Program-made: the position numbers and the translations under genes
Origin: Octopus bimaculoides
Lineage: Eukaryota
Assembly: GCF_001194135.2 (NCBI RefSeq)
Contig: NC_068997.1
Coordinates: 17,181,611-17,225,784, forward strand
Length of the DNA: 44,174 nt
Direction: 5' to 3'
Part shown: one piece after another, positions 1 to 12,830 of the stretch
Layout of the letters: every line of letters starts with the position of its first letter
How positions within the stretch are numbered: position 1 is the stretch's first letter
Notes under the pieces: generated by a model
The model's input: the letters and a program-made list of their open reading frames with translations, nothing else
The model's database searches: none
What the model was told of the DNA's origin: nothing

Positions 1-132
1 TATATATAAACGTTAGGTATAACATTTAATAATATTTACTATCTAAATTGCGCCTCAGTTCATCCAGTGATTTCATTACTTACATCAACATCATGAAAAT
101 ATAAGAAATTAAGAGATAAATATCATATATTT

Positions 133-149
133 ATATATATATATACATC

Positions 150-210
<61 letters not shown>
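133..210. repeat. (AT)n followed by (GT)n compound microsatellite
   Basis: Directly visible dinucleotide tracts. Confidence 0.95.
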
Positions 211-213
<3 letters not shown>

Positions 214-496
214 AATATACACACGTACATTCGCACAAATATTCGCACATATGATGATGGCGGACTGTGTACGTGTTTTGTTTGCGTGTGTTTTCCGTGC
301 ATATATGTCTTCACTAATTATGCTCTTACACACTTTTTATAAAGCTAATACGAAAGAAACACAACTATGATATATTAACCACTTTTGATGGTTCTGTTGT
401 TAATGTATTTGTAGTTAATTCGTTTTTGTTGCTGGTGAATATATATGCATATATAGACATATACATATGTACATACGTATATATATATATATATAT

Positions 497-745
497 NNNN
501 NNNNNNNNNNNNNNNNNNNNNNNNNNNNNNNNNNNNNNNNNNNNNNNNNNNNNNNNNNNNNNNNNNNNNNNNNNNNNNNNNNNNNNNNNNNNNNNNNNNN
601 NNNNNNNNNNNNNNNNNNNNNNNNNNNNNNNNNNNNNNNNNNNNNNNNNNNNNNNNNNNNNNNNNNNNNNNNNNNNNNNNNNNNNNNNNNNNNNNNNNNN
701 NNNNNNNNNNNNNNNNNNNNNNNNNNNNNNNNNNNNNNNNNNNNN
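497..745. other. Assembly gap (N-run), first of about 17; others start near 4546, 7768, 8790, 9243, 14960, 16718, 21550, 22557, 24659, 25606, 29763, 34950, 37126, 40159, 41583 and 41835
   Basis: Runs of n, nearly all bordered by (AT)n, (CA)n or trinucleotide tracts, as expected for short-read contig breaks at microsatellites. Confidence 0.99.

Positions 746-753
<8 letters not shown>

Positions 754-810
<57 letters not shown>
754..810. repeat. (AG)n microsatellite
   Basis: Directly visible. Confidence 0.95.
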
Positions 811-814
<4 letters not shown>

Positions 815-2138
815 TACACACACACAAACACACACTATCAGTCAAGCACACACACATACAAACACGTACATAGCTATCTTTTTCTGAAGATTGTTTTCGT
901 TGCTCTATAAAGAAGCTTTTGAATCTAGAAATTTTCTTGCTGCCGTTTCTACTTGAACCTTATTTATTTATTTCTTATAAATCTTTCTCGCGATTATTGT
1001 TTGAAGAACTGATGGAGCGTGGGGTTAAATGAATCGCATTATTTACTTTCATGTCTGTGTTTTCTTAGTTGGACACTCGGTTCTACTTCGAATTTCTTTA
1101 ATCCATCTCGATAAATAATTGAGTCAAATCATTCAACTCTATATGGAAATGTTTGGTTTTTAAGCTTAATTTAAATACGCTAATTTTGCGTGTTTTCCTG
1201 GAGGTTAGTGAATGTCAGTATTCGTGCTAATACAGAATGCATTTTGTGAAGTGTTCAGTCTCTTTCGTTATGGTTTTTTGTACATATTCTTCCGCCCTGT
1301 ACTCTATCTTTCATTGTTTCCCAGTTTAATGACTCCGGGGAATCTATTAAGATGCAATCGCCGATGAATTCCTAGCTGAAGAGTTCAAGTGATTTATGTA
1401 GTATTTGAGCCACCCCTTTGACACTACAACTCTGAGATCTGCTCCATTCCCCATTAAAGGTACATACCTAAGCCCAAGTCATGATTCAAATAGAAAATAG
1501 TCCATTGGCTAAGGCATATTGGAATCAGATGAGGACATGGCCGTAGACATGTGACACAAATGTCCACCGGTATGTTTATATATTCTGGTGTCATATTAAC
1601 CACTGCCCCAACCAAAAGACTGAATAGGACATGAAACTAAACCGGAAGAAGGCAACAGGAACAATTCTGTATAATTCCCAAGAGAAATTATTAATCTTCC
1701 GACTTTTGATTTCCGACATTATTGCCAAGGCAAGACATGTTAGGGAAGAGGATGAGAGACAGAGATTAATCAATATAACTTCAATCCTTACCGAGCTTAT
1801 TTAGAAGCAGATCAAAAGCCAATAGTCACCAATTACTATTATCAATCGACTATAATTTGCTTTTGCGTTTTACAAGATGTCCGATATGCCAAACATGACG
1901 TTTAAGTATGAACAGTTGTGGCAATGTTGCCCTCCGTTATGGTTTTAGCCATAGTTTTAGAAGGAGGATGCCTAAAGTTTCAGCTATTAATGAATCAATT
2001 CCTAGATTATACATTCGCTGACGAGCAAAATTCTGGGTAATGTTATCTTGTCTGTCTGTCGAATGAAGGGCGTAGTTTCTCTGTAGGATGACAAATGATT
2101 CAGCGGACGTGCAAGGCTATGTTTCCGGATGATATGCC

Positions 2139-2177
<39 letters not shown>
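2139..2177. repeat. (TAG)n microsatellite
   Basis: Directly visible; explains the poly-S/poly-T runs in ORFs 2095..2388 and 2002..2397. Confidence 0.95.
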
Positions 2178-2847
2178 GACAATTTTGTCGTTTGTTGTAT
2201 GCATAAGAGAAGGCTACCAGTACAAGCTGATTGCTTTGAGGGAAACGTTTAAAAAGTCCGAAGCAAAGAGATTGGATTACCCCAATATACATCATACCAT
2301 TACTATACACTTGATGATAGTTATCAATATATTCCAGTCTCATGGATTGTTTCATATCATTGGCTTTTACTTGCATCATGAATACTAAATTTGACACCCA
2401 AATTGTCTTAAAACACTAACACATCGAAAAATAATCTCTTGCGGGCATCTGTTTTCTCATTGCAAGCACATACGCACACACATGTACAAGATCATTCTTG
2501 CACAAATATACTCACTACCCATGTGCTCGCATCATTCACAAGAATACACTTCACCCATCTCAACCTCCTCTATCGGACACTCGTACACACACACATACCA
2601 AACACTCCCCTACATATATCCACACATATTTCCTTACAAACACATCCATGCATAATGTGTTCTCATATCATCCTGAACCCATTGGTGCTACCTTCGTTTA
2701 CACTCCATCTCCCACTCTTTTCGCTAAAACAAAAACGCTGCCATAAATTTGCTCTTCATCCTGTCTTCGATTCGCCATTGTCTCTGCAATAACCAACACC
2801 GATTTCTACCTAATATTCGTTTTGAAATTTAGAAAAACTTCTCTCTT

Positions 2848-2880
2848 CTTGATGAAGAACGGCTTTCCGAAACATCGACT
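2848..2880 (+). mobile_element. Possible degenerate Penelope-like terminal repeat / hammerhead-ribozyme remnant
   Basis: cttgatgaag-aacggcttt-ccgaaacatcgac resembles the CTGATGA(A)G...CCGAAACGTCG signature of Penelope-like elements. The core has an extra T and the stems pair poorly. Confidence 0.25.
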
Positions 2881-3427
2881 TTATTGCCTTCTTGTTCACT
2901 GTAAAACCTGTTGTTAAATAAAGGTAATAAAGGTCATTCCTGACCTTTCTGTAGTTTTAGTTAATTTTCTTGTGAATTAAAGTTGTAATCCGTTTGTACG
3001 TTGAAACAGTCAGAAAGGATTACCAATGGATATTTATATTGTATGATACCATTTGTATTTCGTTGAAATATTTGACCTCTTCGACACCGAAATATCATGA
3101 ATCTTTTACTGGTGTAGCCATTATGATAAATAAAGAAATCATCGTCATCATTATTATAATGTTATCGAATTTAAAAGAAATATCTTTCGTTCCATATAAT
3201 TAGTTTTAAGTGTTCATATTGAGAGACAACCAAATAGACACGTCTTAAGATTTCTTAATGTTTTCCACGGGGATAACCTCCACATTATTTACCTGTTTTT
3301 TAATTGTTATTATTCCTTTTTCTGTTCTTTCTTGATTTTGAAATTATTTCTAATCTCTCTGCTAATCAAGTTGCTGTAGTCGTCGTCGTTGCCGTAGCTG
3401 GTACAGATCTTGTATTTGATCTCCGTT

Positions 3428-3443
3428 GTCTTCTTCTGCTAAA

Positions 3444-3474
<31 letters not shown>

Positions 3475-3576
3475 CTTCTTCTTCTTCTTCTTCTTCTTCT
3501 TCTTCTTCTTCTTCTTCTACTGCTGCTGCTGCTGCTGCTACTGCTACTACTACTACTACTACCACTTCCTTTTCTT

Positions 3577-3616
<40 letters not shown>

Positions 3617-3797
3617 GTTTTCTACTACTACTACTGCTACTACTTCGTTTTCTACTACTACTACTACTACTACTACTATATACTTCTTTTTCTTCTTCTC
3701 CTACTTCTACCTCCTCCTCCTCCTCCTCCTCCTCCTCCTCCTCCTCCTCCTCCTCCTCCTCCTCCTCTTCTTCTTCTTCTTCTTCTTCTTCTTCTTC
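3428..3797. repeat. Compound trinucleotide array (CTT)n-(CTG)n-(CTA)n-(CCT)n-(CTT)n
   Basis: Directly visible; source of the poly-L/S/E/T ORFs at 3304-3882. Confidence 0.95.
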
Positions 3798-3879
3798 GTT
3801 GTCACCGTCAATATTGCTTTACTTGAATCTGAAACCTCTACATATTCAACTTTTCCCCAACAGCCCCTTTAACCCCCTT

Positions 3880-3924
<45 letters not shown>

Positions 3925-4462
3925 TACACATGTGTGTTCGCATAAGTGTGTGTATTTTTCTTTGTGAACCCGTACTGCTGTATGTATGTGCAATATGGTG
4001 TGTATTTTGCTTCCAAGTTATGTGCCTACGTACGCAGGATTATGTATGAGTACGCTTGACTTTGTACATACGTATATGTGTGTTTTATTCAAAACAAATT
4101 TCCTGATATCATATTTATGTTAAATCATATTTTGTTTTACCTTATTGCGAATTCGTTCGATTTTAATGACTTATTCAAATAAATAACATAAATTCGATCA
4201 CGATTGAATGAATTATGATATTATCCATTTGACCAATCATGGCGTCATAATTTTCATTTCTGAATGACTGTACTTCAGTAGAAATTCTACGCGATTTTCA
4301 CTTTTCCGTTGAATGGCTTTCATTGACACGAAATATTTCCTTATAATTAAACAGTTTAAATTATTATAACGTTACACCACTCCACCGATTATGTGAAACC
4401 ACCGTTGATTCTTTTGTCGTATCGTGGGTTCTCATGAAGATGGATCAACTGGAAATTAAAGC

Positions 4463-4545
<83 letters not shown>

Positions 4546-7500
4546 NNNNNNNNNNNNNNNNNNNNTATATATATATGGATTAAACTTTGGTACTCTTGAG
4601 TTTCAAGCGTGATGCTAGTCGTCAGCCAATATATACACGCACACACACACATATATATATATATACACATATGTACATACGTGCATGCATACATTTTTAC
4701 ATATATACATATGGACTTATATGTATATGTATATATATGTATGTATATGTCTTTTTATGTAACTATCTGTACATACATATGTACATGCATACATACATGT
4801 ATATATATACATAATAAATATGTATACATATACGTACATATATATGTATTTCATAACAGCTATAACAACAACACAAGTAAAAGTGATAATAATTAAAATG
4901 AAACACTAATTAAATTAGTCAAGTGTATCCTTAAAATTGCTGATCCGTTCTATTAATTACAATACGGCATCTAAACCTGTAACGGATTATTTCATAACAA
5001 TTGATATATCTTACAGTTAAGTGAATTGATTGGATTGCCGCCAATACACAGTTTGTTTTATTAACACCGCCGCCTCAGTAGCTGTACCGCCGCCGCCGCC
5101 AACAACAACAACAACAACAACAACACTGCCAATACCGCCTCCGCTGCCAACACCGCCTCCCCCATCAACACTACCGCAATTACTATCATTAATACAACCA
5201 CCTCCACTATCACTACCTGAGATGTAATAAATAAAGTTATCCAGGTGGGATTTTTTTCCCCTATCACATATTTGAATTGAGATAAGTTTAAAACAATGCA
5301 TTTAGTCAGTTAAGTTAATAGGAGACATCTTTGCGTCTCTACAAATCCAATGATAGACTTACTACCAAACAAACGTCTGTGCCCTGCCTCGTTCGTGGTA
5401 TCTACCCCCTACATGTGTATGCTTAGAAGATGTCCATTTTCCCCAGTCATACTCGGCACTATTGTCCCCTCTTCCGGAAATATACTGGAAGGTAACGCCT
5501 GCTATTTCGTTCTCTCTTTTTCTTCCAAATATTATTTGATAGTGCCATGGCCCAAGAGGAAAGTGTACGCTCTTAGTGCTTGAAATATTTTCAAAAAGGT
5601 CTCTTACAATGACATCGTTCGTTGAAAGAAAACCACTTTTCTTCTTATCCCCGTCCCAATTCTTAACCTTCTCGAGTTCTGGGCAGTTGAAGAAACCAAG
5701 CTGATTAACTGAGTGCTATGTCCAGCATCAGACGCTCACTGACCTTGGTTTCACTCTCCAAGTACGTAGTTCTAAATGTACCTTGTTGGCGCATCTTTAA
5801 ATTTCTAATTTGCATTACATCAGTAGCTTGTCGATCATGTCCGACAGCTTCATTGCAATGTTTTGAAGGTGTATAGGCTCACCTATCTTACTTCCTAGGC
5901 CTAGCAGAGTGCACGACAGTACATCTGATTTCCATGGTCGTAATATATAAACCGAAACTTCCTGACTGATGAGAAGAGGTGGGATTGATGGAACGACCAT
6001 ATAAGGCAAAACAGTTTGGTTATCTAACGATTCATTATAACATGCGATAAGAGTTTAGCTGTTCGAAGAAGAGATTCGCCTTCTGGAAACGATGTTAAAA
6101 CTGAACATAGTGACATTGTCGAAAGACCTGGAGATATCTTCTTGAATTATCCTTATAGAAGTTTGATATATTACAAACGTCTCACCGATGTTTTACATGA
6201 TGTAAATGTTATGTAGGTTAATAATGCGGGTAATTACACACATTCGGGCTATTCACGAAGCCATCGACAATAAATACTAATATCTCTCCAAATAACTTAA
6301 ACGAACGATTTAACTTTAAGTTATATTTTATGATTATACACACGATTGGAAATGTTGTTGTGTTCTTATACGTTTACACACACACAAGCATACACACAAG
6401 TGCACGCTGACACACACGTACACACACACACACACATATATGCTGAGAAGAGGGAAAAAAGAGGGTCAATTCTTATGTATATGTGTATGTTTATATAGGT
6501 ATATACACACGTATATTCATACATACACACATACATACATTCACACACACACTCACACATACACATATGCACACACACACACTCACACACACAAATACAC
6601 ACACACACACACACACATACACACACACGCACTCACACATATAATTTGATTATTTGATTATAAGGATTCAATAAAATCAAGGAATGGCTAGGTACGATAT
6701 TGTAGGTAAACAACATTGAATATATCGATTGTTGCCGGGATACTGTAGATATGCAGGTACCAAATCGAATTTAAACCATAGATTTGACTCTGGGGTTGAT
6801 CCTTGGTGTTATATTGATATAAAATAAAAACAAATAGCATTTCGTGTAAAATTTACAACAGCTTTGATAGAATTTTATTAATCAATTCATAAAAGATTAT
6901 ATCATTACACATAATACTGCCATCATCAGACAAATTTTAAACAGGTCAGATTTCTTACATCAACCAACGTCTGGTATATACAAAGACTTATACTGACCAT
7001 ATGACTGATCTTGTCGAACATGTGTTTTTTTTAAATACTATTTCTAGGATTTGCAATTAAACTTATTGGCTGAAATGAAAACCAGGCAACAACCACCTCA
7101 CCACAATAGTCATCATCATCAAGATCTTTACTTTCAGCATCTTTGTCATCATCGTCGTCATTTTCATTACGAACATCATCACCCACACCTCTGCTACAAA
7201 AACCATATCTAACGATAACAGTACTAACAAATTTTTACAAGAAAATGGTATTAGTAATAAATCAGAATAAGAAAGAATGTATTGAGTCATTAAAAGTTGA
7301 CAGGAAGTACCTACATGTCTCGTAAGTATTACTTCTAAACATACAAAAGAAAATTCATGAAAGGTGATTTGAGGAGACGATGCGTTACTAGGGCAGACAA
7401 TATCTGTAAGAAATTCCAGGAGACTCTACGTTCCCATCGGCCTGTTAAAGATAGCAACCTTATTGCGTGAAAGCAAGCCTTACGGAAAATAGAGTTCTAG

Positions 7501-7717
7501 ATAGGATGGTCGCATCTGGGACAACTTTCATCTAACGACGGATTGCTGTAAAGTTCATGGCTTTTAGTACAAGAATATACCGGAGGATCGGTTAATTATG
7601 ATTTTATTTAACATATCCCCCTCTCAGATTCACCCAATCATTTCAGCAGTCTTTCAGTATTTCTAAGCCCTGTAAAAGAACTCCAAACATTGGGCCTCTA
7701 ACCAGGCCTTTCGAGAT

Positions 7718-7872
7718 AGCCTTGTGAGTGGTTTTGGTAGGCGGAAACTGAAAGAATCCCACTGTATNNNNNNNNNNNNNNNNNNNNNNNNNNNNNNNNN
7801 NNNNNNNNNNNNNNNNNNNNNNNNNNNNNNNNNNNNNNNNNNNNNNNNNNNNNNNNNNNNNNNNNNNNNNNN

Positions 7873-7959
<87 letters not shown>

Positions 7960-8169
7960 TGTGTGTTTGTGTGTCTGTGTTTGTCCCCCTAGCATTGCTT
8001 GACAACCGATGCTGGTGTGTTTATGATCCCGTCACTTAGCGGTTCGGGAAAAGAGATCGATAAAATAAGTACTAGGCTTACAAAGAATAAGTCCAGGGGT
8101 CAATTTGCTCGACTAAAGGCGGTGCTCCAGCATGGCCACAGTCAAATGACTGAAACGAGTAAAAGAGTA
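7718..8169 (+). mobile_element. SINE family B copy (5'-truncated) with internal (AT)n/(GT)n microsatellite and gap
   Basis: agccttgtgagtggttttggtaggcggaaactgaaagaa ... gcttgacaaccgatgctggtgtg ... cggttcgg-aaaagagatcgataaaataagtactaggcttacaaagaataag ... cagtcaaatgactgaaacgagtaaaagagta; matches copies at 32452, 36939, 24493, 43163 and 43332 in this window. Confidence 0.9.
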
Positions 8170-8758
8170 TATACTTCGTGCTGATTTGGGAGAAAGGACT
8201 TGAAATCTAGAGAAAACAATAAGGTGGTTACGTCAGTCTATGTGATACACAGAAATTTTGATGGAAATGAAACGGTTAATGACATAAATTGAACTGGCCA
8301 TGAGCTGATTCATAACATCGAAAACTGGATCGCAACGCAAACATTCAAAACAACGGGAGCGTAGCAACATCTATCTCCGGCAGATCATCTGTTAAGGTTA
8401 AAATTTAATTACAAGATTTATTAAATAGCACGTAAATCTGACAATATTGCTTTAGCATTTAATTAAGCAGTGACAGTAAATAGGAGAATAGAGAAAACAG
8501 ATTGATGACATGATAGATATATAATTATTGATGTTTGACAATATAACATGCTACATCATTTCATCGATTACCTTCTGGTTTTGTCAACAACTTGTCAAGT
8601 TGGTTTCACTGATTGTTCTGTTTCATACATTAACTTAATCATATATTCCCGGAACACGCACCACACATGGCGACACAGTGAGAAGCACCAGGCACATATG
8701 AACACACACCTGTCTATAAGTACATACATACATATATGTATGTAAGGTTGTGTATGTC

Positions 8759-8789
<31 letters not shown>

Positions 8790-10705
8790 NNNNNNNNNNC
8801 ACACATATACATATATATATATGCATATGCATATGTGCATTTATACAATGTAAAGCAAGCGCATATGCATCTAAGTATGTGCGCATGGTCCTCTGGCTGT
8901 GATTATATGCGTTTATATGGAAGTTTCACTTTCTTTGGATGGTTATGTATGAGTGTTTGTGAATCAGTATAAATGCGGAGTGTTTCTGTGTGTACATCGA
9001 AACACTCCAATGTGTGTATATATAAATAAATAAATAGATAGATATATATATATGTGCATATATGTATGCATTTATGTGTATATAATCATGTAATAGTGTT
9101 AGCTCATTATCTACATTAACAAATATACTGAGTGCATATATACGTTTACTGAGTTATAGTATATAAGTATTCTTATGTATTCAAACTTTTCCTTTTTGAA
9201 TGTAAATGCTTGCATGTATGCTTGTACATATGCATATATATANNNNNNNNNNNNNNNNNNNNNNNNNNNNNNNNNNNNNNNNNNNNNNNNNNNNNNNNNN
9301 NNNNNNNNNNNNNNNNNNNNNNNNNNNNNNNNNNNNNNNNNNNNNNNNNNNNNNNNNNNNNNNNNNNNNNNNNNNNNNNNNNNNNNNNNNNNNNNNNNNN
9401 NNNNNNNNNNNNNNNNNNNNNNNNNNNNNNNNNNNNNNNNNNNNNNNNNNNNNNNNNNNNNNNNNNNNNNNNNNNNNNNNNNNNNNNNNNNNNNNNNNNN
9501 NNNNNNNNNNNNNNNNNNNNNNNNNNNNNNNNNNNNNNNNNNNNNNNNNNNNNNNNNNNNNNNNNNNNNNNNNNNNNNNNNNNNNNNNNNNNNNNNNNNN
9601 NNNNNNNNNNNNNNNNNNNNNNNNNNNNNNNNNNNNNNNNNNNNNNNNNNNNNNNNNNNNNNNNNNNNNNNNNNNNNNNNNNNNNNNNNNNNNNNNNNNN
9701 NNNNNNNNNNNNNNNNNNNNNNNNNNNNNNNNNNNNNNNNNNNNNNNNNNNNNNNNNNNNNNNNNNNNNNNNNNNNNNNNNNNNNNNNNNNNNNNNNNNN
9801 NNNNNNNNNNNNNNNNNNNNNNNNNNNNNNNNNNNNNNNNNNNNNNNNNNNNNNNNNNNNNNNNNNNNNNNNNNNNNNNNNNNNNNNNNNNNNNNNNNNN
9901 NNNNNNNNNNNNNNNNNNNNNNNNNNNNNNNNNNNNNNNNNNNNNNNNNNNNNNNNNNNNNNNNNNNNNNNNNNNNNNNNNNNNNNNNNNNNNNNNNNNN
10001 NNNNNNNNNNNNNNNNNNNNNNNNNNNNNNNNNNNNNNNNNNNNNNNNNNNNNNNNNNNNNNNNNNNNNNNNNNNNNNNNNNNNNNNNNNNNNNNNNNNN
10101 NNNNNNNNNNNNNNNNNNNNNNNNNNNNNNNNNNNNNNNNNNNNNNNNNNNNNNNNNNNNNNNNNNNNNNNNNNNNNNNNNNNNNNNNNNNNNNNNNNNN
10201 NNNNNNNNNNNNNNNNNNNNNNNNNNNNNNNNNNNNNNNNATATATATATATATATAGATGTATGTATATATGTTTATGCTTTGTAATGGCTCTAAGATG
10301 AAGTTCAACAACAAACAAGCGAGTGAATTGTGTGTCTTGAAATTCTATTGTCAAGCAGATTAATGTTGTAATATATTAGATCAAAAAGCTAAGTCAATCG
10401 TTACGTTTATTGTATATATATGATATAGCTGGTGTCGATATTGCTAATGTTTGGGATTATAATTATCTTAATTTATATTAACAAAGTATTAATGGTACTT
10501 GAAGTCTATTAGATAGGTTGAAGTAGATGAACAAGAATTGAATGAAAACAAAATAACATGATATACAAAACAAATAAAATATATTATACAGAAGGAAAGA
10601 GTGGTGATGTGTGTGTGTATGTGTGTGTGTGTGTGGGGGGGAACATGTGACATGAAATATGTGTGTGATACTACTTTCCCGTTGCTGCTGTTGCTGAGGT
10701 GCTTC

Positions 10706-10778
10706 ATGATGACGATGATGATGATGATGATGATGTTCATGATGATGATGAAGATGATGATGATGATGATGATGATGT

Positions 10779-10825
<47 letters not shown>

Positions 10826-11063
10826 TTGCTGATGATGATGATGACGACGATGAAGATGATGATGATGATGATGGTGATGATAATGATGATGATGATAATG
10901 ATGATGAGGATGACGATGAAGATGATGAGGACGAGGGAGTAGGATGGTGATGATAATAATGATGATGATGATGATGATGCGGAGGAGGAGGAGGAGAAAG
11001 AAGCTGAAGAGGAAGTAGAGGAGGAAGAGGAGGAGGAAGAGAGGATGGTAATGATGATGATGT

Positions 11064-11101
<38 letters not shown>

Positions 11102-11329
11102 TTGATGATGATGATGTTGTTGCTAATGAGGCTTATGATGATGACGATGATAATGGTGAAGATGGCGACTATGATGACGACGACGATAGCGACGATGTTA
11201 ATGAAGCTGCTGTTGATGATTGCGGCGGTTGTGGCGACGGCGGCGGTGGTGGTGGTGATGGTGGTGGATTTTTGGGTTTTGATGACGTCGATAATGATGA
11301 CGATGACAACGACCATGACGACGACAATG

Positions 11330-11389
<60 letters not shown>

Positions 11390-12140
11390 GTGATGTTAAT
11401 TATAACCACTACCACGACGACTATGCTGCTGCAGTTGCAGATGGTGATGATGGTGATGACGACGATGATGATGATGGTGATGATGATGGTGGTGATGATG
11501 ATATGGAAGCTGAACTGGAACCACATGCGAGTAACTGTGTTCTGGTCATCAGCGTCGATGGTGGCATCGGCGTTGTTGCTGATGGTGCTGCTGTGAAAGG
11601 AAGATTGAATAATGCCAATGTTATCAAATTTTGAGATGACTCTGAAGTGGATGGATATTAGTATTAGTCCTGATGTTTACAACGAAGGTACGAAGAACGT
11701 GGATAAGGCCACGCTGATAAAGATAAGCAGGAACGATAAGCATAAGTCTCATGGAAAGTTGTTATTCGGTTGTGCTTTCGAGGTTATTGCTGTTGTTGTT
11801 GTTGTTGTTGATGATGATGATGATGCTGGGGCTGATGATGATGATGATGATGATGGTGATGTTGATGGTGATGGTGGTGATGATGATGATGGTGGTGGTG
11901 ATGGTGATGATGATGATGATGGTGGTGGTGGCGACGACGACGACGACGATGACGACGATGACGATGATGATGATGGTGATAAAGGTAATGGTGACAATGA
12001 TAATGGTGATGATGATGATGGTGGTAGAGCTGGTGGTAGTAATGATGCCGATGATGATGATAATGATGATGATGACGATGGTGGTGGTGGTGGAGGCGGT
12101 GGCGGCGGTTGTGGCTTTTGTGGCGGTGATTATGCGGTGG

Positions 12141-12235
<95 letters not shown>

Positions 12236-12290
12236 GTGGTGATGATGATGATGATGATGACGACGGCGACGACGTGTTTGATGATGTTTA
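10706..12290. repeat. About 1.6 kb compound/cryptic (GAT/GAC/GGT/GAG/GTT)n array with short unique islands
   Basis: Directly visible; gives poly-D/M/I/S/V ORFs in several frames on both strands. Confidence 0.9.
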
Positions 12291-12637
12291 TGAGGTCGGT
12301 AATAAAGTGGTAGAGTAGAAGGGAGACAATGATTATGCTGATATGAACGACGAAACAGATCACGTTCACGATGGAGAGCAATGAGTTTGAAGAAAGATTG
12401 TATTTATATTTCCACTAAGTAAGTTGCAATATCTAGTAGCAACATTCCAGAACGGTTTTGTTTCAAGACATTCTTAAATTGTTTTCGACTCGAAAGTTTA
12501 AGTTTTGACGCAATCACCAATGCCCTTTCAGTTCACTATATTATCGTATTAGTTATATATTATCGTATTATATTATCGTATTAGTTATGTGATTAAGTAA
12601 GAAATTGATATGATGGTAGTTGTGATTTTCTTTTATA

Positions 12638-12830
12638 GGTATAAGGCCTGAAATCTTGGGGTAACGGGCAATCAATTACATCAACCCCAGCACTAGTACT
12701 TATTTTCATCGACCCTTAAAGGATGAAAGCAAAATGAACCACAGCGGGATTTGAACTCAGAACGCAAAGCCGGAAGAGAAGTCGATGACCATTTTGTCCA
12801 CCTTGCTAACGACTCTGCTAACTCACCCCT
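12638..12830 (-). mobile_element. SINE family A (tRNA-derived), diverged copy
   Basis: Minus strand shows B-box gagttcaaatccc, then gggtcgatgaaaataagtactag and 3' end gatttcaggcctta; aligns by eye to copies at 13854, 23610 and 39281. Confidence 0.8.

Noticed and set aside
3304-3882. Poly-L/S/E/T ORFs; likewise poly-M/I/D at 10489-12381 and 19866-20733, poly-R/E at 25380, poly-F at 27331
   Set aside because: Trinucleotide microsatellites open in several frames on both strands, with no domain, splice or start context.
4225-4250. CCAAT box next to TGGCGTCA (CRE-like)
   Set aside because: Short motifs expected by chance; no adjacent gene start or CpG island.
5030-5227. Proline-rich ORF (PPPPTTTT...)
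   Set aside because: Degenerate (CCG)/(CAA)/(CCA) repeat, open in several frames.
5340-6100. piggyBac-like words on the plus strand (YTG, FDS, KGL, GGID)
   Set aside because: Scattered over different frames with wrong spacing; too weak to call.
9173-10354. Long ORFs spanning N-runs (also near 365-910, 14852-16093, 16576-17376, 22445-23069, 24533-25201, 34912-35545, 41542-42212)
   Set aside because: They are open only because N codons cannot be stops; the flanks translate (AT)n/(CA)n into IY/HT/VC runs.
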